A stretch of DNA of 64,000 bases, from the NCBI RefSeq assembly GCF_018977255.1, contig NW_024704953.1, positions 1 to 64,000 on the forward strand. Reading direction: 5' to 3'. Under the pieces are notes generated by a model, which had not been told where the DNA came from, did not search any database, and worked only from the letters and a program-made list of their open reading frames with translations. Position numbers and translations under genes: made by a program. Source of the DNA: Callorhinchus milii (lineage: Eukaryota). Below are positions 61,873 through 64,000 of this stretch, one piece after another; position 1 is the stretch's first letter, and each line of letters begins with the position of its first letter.

Positions 61873-63045
61873 CTATAGCAAGAGAGAATATGTTATTCGC
61901 TGTCACGCAGAGGCCTGAGGTAAATCCCCAAATTGTTTTCGGGGTGAGAGAGATATATATATACACATCAGGCCCAATAATAGTGAATTTAATAGGCAAA
62001 GGATTTAACAGCGCAAATGTGCTGCCGTGTTATCCTTCAAAGCACATAGCAACTCAACTTTACCGTCAAACTATGTGAAGAGCTTTAAGTTACACTACAA
62101 ACCGAAATATATATAAGGACTATTGTTCCTTCATCTCCAAGATTTATTTTCTATGCTGGATTGTCAAAAAATCAACCTTGTGTTCTAACGTAGGTCAAGT
62201 AACACACAATTCTGCCTCAAACACCATATATTTCTAAATTCCAGTTGTCCATTCAATGGCATTTCAAATCAGTGATTGTAATCATTGCATTTGATGGAGT
62301 GTTGTATATTTTCAACTATAATGCACAGCAGTGTGCTACAAATAATCGTAGATTGAGTAGCAAAACTTATGTTTGCCAATTATTTTCGCAGGGGTTATTA
62401 CCTCAGAAAATAATACGACAGTCGACCAACAACCGCGTTCCTGCTTACTGCAAGCAAAAGAGAGACGCGAGTTTTGAGTAAAGAAACTTGTCCAACTTTT
62501 CGCACTGCCTGGGATTCGAACCCAAGTCCTCTCACTTAAAACTGAGGTTCAAATCTCCACTGACATCAAAATATCACTTTAAAAAACTTTGTGAAAATGT
62601 ATGTCGCATCATTTTAAGAGCTCAATCTTACCAACAAAAACATTGACTGCTATATTTTTACTACAAAGTGAACAGTCAATTCAGTTTGCAGGATATTCTA
62701 TGAAGCGCTTTGAGAATTCTCAATGACGTGCTGAAACGGAAAATCAAACGCAACAATAATTCTATTTGTTATTGAGTTGTTATAACTGTTATTTTCATCA
62801 TGTCTAATTTCCCACGAACATGTATCACAACCTACTACCTGTCGGTGAAAAGTATCTCAAACATTCAGTAAGAAGTGCATCACATATTTTATTTGACTTG
62901 ATATGAACTCAATAAGGTGAAAGGTATGGTGGCAGTTGGGAGAGAGTTTTGTTCATTGACTGTCACTAACATTACTGTGTTGTTTCTCAGCTTTGGTTGT
63001 GATGAGGGTTATTGTACGAGGCTTCCTATGATGTGTATCACTGTG

Positions 63046-63347
63046 GTGCAGACTGAGTGCACAGTGGTACATAGCGGAGTCTGTCAGCCGCAGGTCGGCG
63101 ATGGTTAAAACGCTGATTTTCTTGGCAGTGTCAAGAGAAGCAGAAATATGACCTCCAGAGGGGTTCCCTCCCACTCCTGAGGGTTTTGTGTGGAGCAGAT
63201 ATTTGAGTTCCTCGCCAGGGGACTGACGGTACCAGGAGACGTTGAAATCCTTTCCACAGATTCCTGAATATTGGCAATGTAAATTTATCCTCTCACCAGA
63301 AAAAGCACTTTGCTCAGGCGGTGACTGGGAAACTGTTTCACGCGATC
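63046..63347 (-). CDS. TRDV: Leaderless supporting TCR-delta V, cassette D (open; its NAR-TCR V/D/J would lie beyond the right edge)
   Basis: GSRETVSQSPPEQSAFSGERINLHCQYSGICGKDFNVSWYRQSPGEELKY…DSAMYHCALSLH. RSS CACAGTG 63045-63039, 23 nt, ACAATAACC. Confidence 0.9.
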
Positions 63348-63373
63348 CTGCAGGATGCAAATTACAGGTTACT

Positions 63374-63850
63374 TAGAATTATGGCATCATGGAACCTAAC
63401 CCGACCACAACCCTTTCAGGCAGTGCATTGCAGACTGTAACAACTTTTTTGCAAAAAAAAAATCCTCATTATCTCACCTCTGGACCTTTTACCACTTAAC
63501 ATCAATTTGGGTTCACTGGTTACTGAAACGCTGACCAATGAGAATATTTTATATTGATCCACTCTATCACATCACCTCACAAATATGAACACTTCAATCA
63601 GATCTCCACTCAACCTTCGGTCTCTAAGCAGAACACTACCAGAGACCCGAGTATCTTCATTTGAATGAAGCCTCTCGCCCTGGGCATCATTCAAGAAAAT
63701 CCCCTTCGAACCCTGTCCACGACCATAGCACTTTCCCCAACGTGTCCGTGAAAACCTTTATACTAAATGTAAGAATCACTGTTCAATCAACAGTAGAAAG
63801 AGACGAGGAATGGATAAATTTAGAGTGCTGCTCTGCACCGTCCAACCTGT
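63374..63850 (-). mobile_element. CR1 LINE 3' end abutting the supporting V D acceptor
   Basis: Near-identical direct repeat of 12034-12510. Confidence 0.75.
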
Positions 63851-64000
63851 GGCTATTGCTGTGACACCATTGTTATGATCGCTCATCAATGCAACGTTTA
63901 ATTAAGCTTTTTTTATCTTATGCTTAGCCTATGTTCATGGGAATGTTTAGCAGAGAATCAGGTGTCAGATTGTGCCGTTAAATCAGTGGGTTTACAGTTG

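Noticed and set aside
1-64000. IgH-type V segments embedded in the TCR-delta array, as reported in some sharks
   Set aside because: None of the V exons here shows IgHV features such as WVRQ…GLEW; not supported in this window.

Overview
This is eukaryotic genomic DNA from the variable-gene array of a cartilaginous-fish T-cell receptor alpha/delta locus. A holocephalan such as Callorhinchus is plausible from the repeat content, but the species is inference. No constant-region exon or TCR D-delta/J-delta cluster is visible. The dominant structure is an array of NAR-TCR cassettes. Each reads: leader, IgNAR-like V lacking CDR2 with a 22-bp-spacer RSS, 12-RSS/D/12-RSS, 23-RSS/J with a phase-1 donor, a ~1.9-2.1 kb intron, then a leaderless 'supporting' TCR-delta V with a CDR1 Cys and its own 23-RSS. 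Three cassettes are complete: A (15.65-11.7 kb, minus, intact), B (35.9-39.65 kb, plus, disabled in both V domains) and C (45.8-49.55 kb, plus, intact). Two more are cut by the window edges. Between them lie 7 apparently intact conventional TCR V genes, 1 open V lacking the first canonical Cys, and about 11 V pseudogenes or relics. A block from about 33.4 to 51-52 kb is inverted relative to the rest. The remainder is tRNA-derived SINEs, CR1/L2 fragments, micro- and minisatellites and N gaps. NAR-TCR as a receptor class is already known from sharks. The details most worth a second look are: a Cys-loaded, long-CDR3 cassette (A); loss of the canonical Ig Trp in the three fully visible NAR-type Vs; a CR1 ending 25-26 nt from the acceptor of every supporting V; and RSS geometry that permits cross-cassette or three-V chains. 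All coordinates were read by hand and repeat boundaries are approximate.
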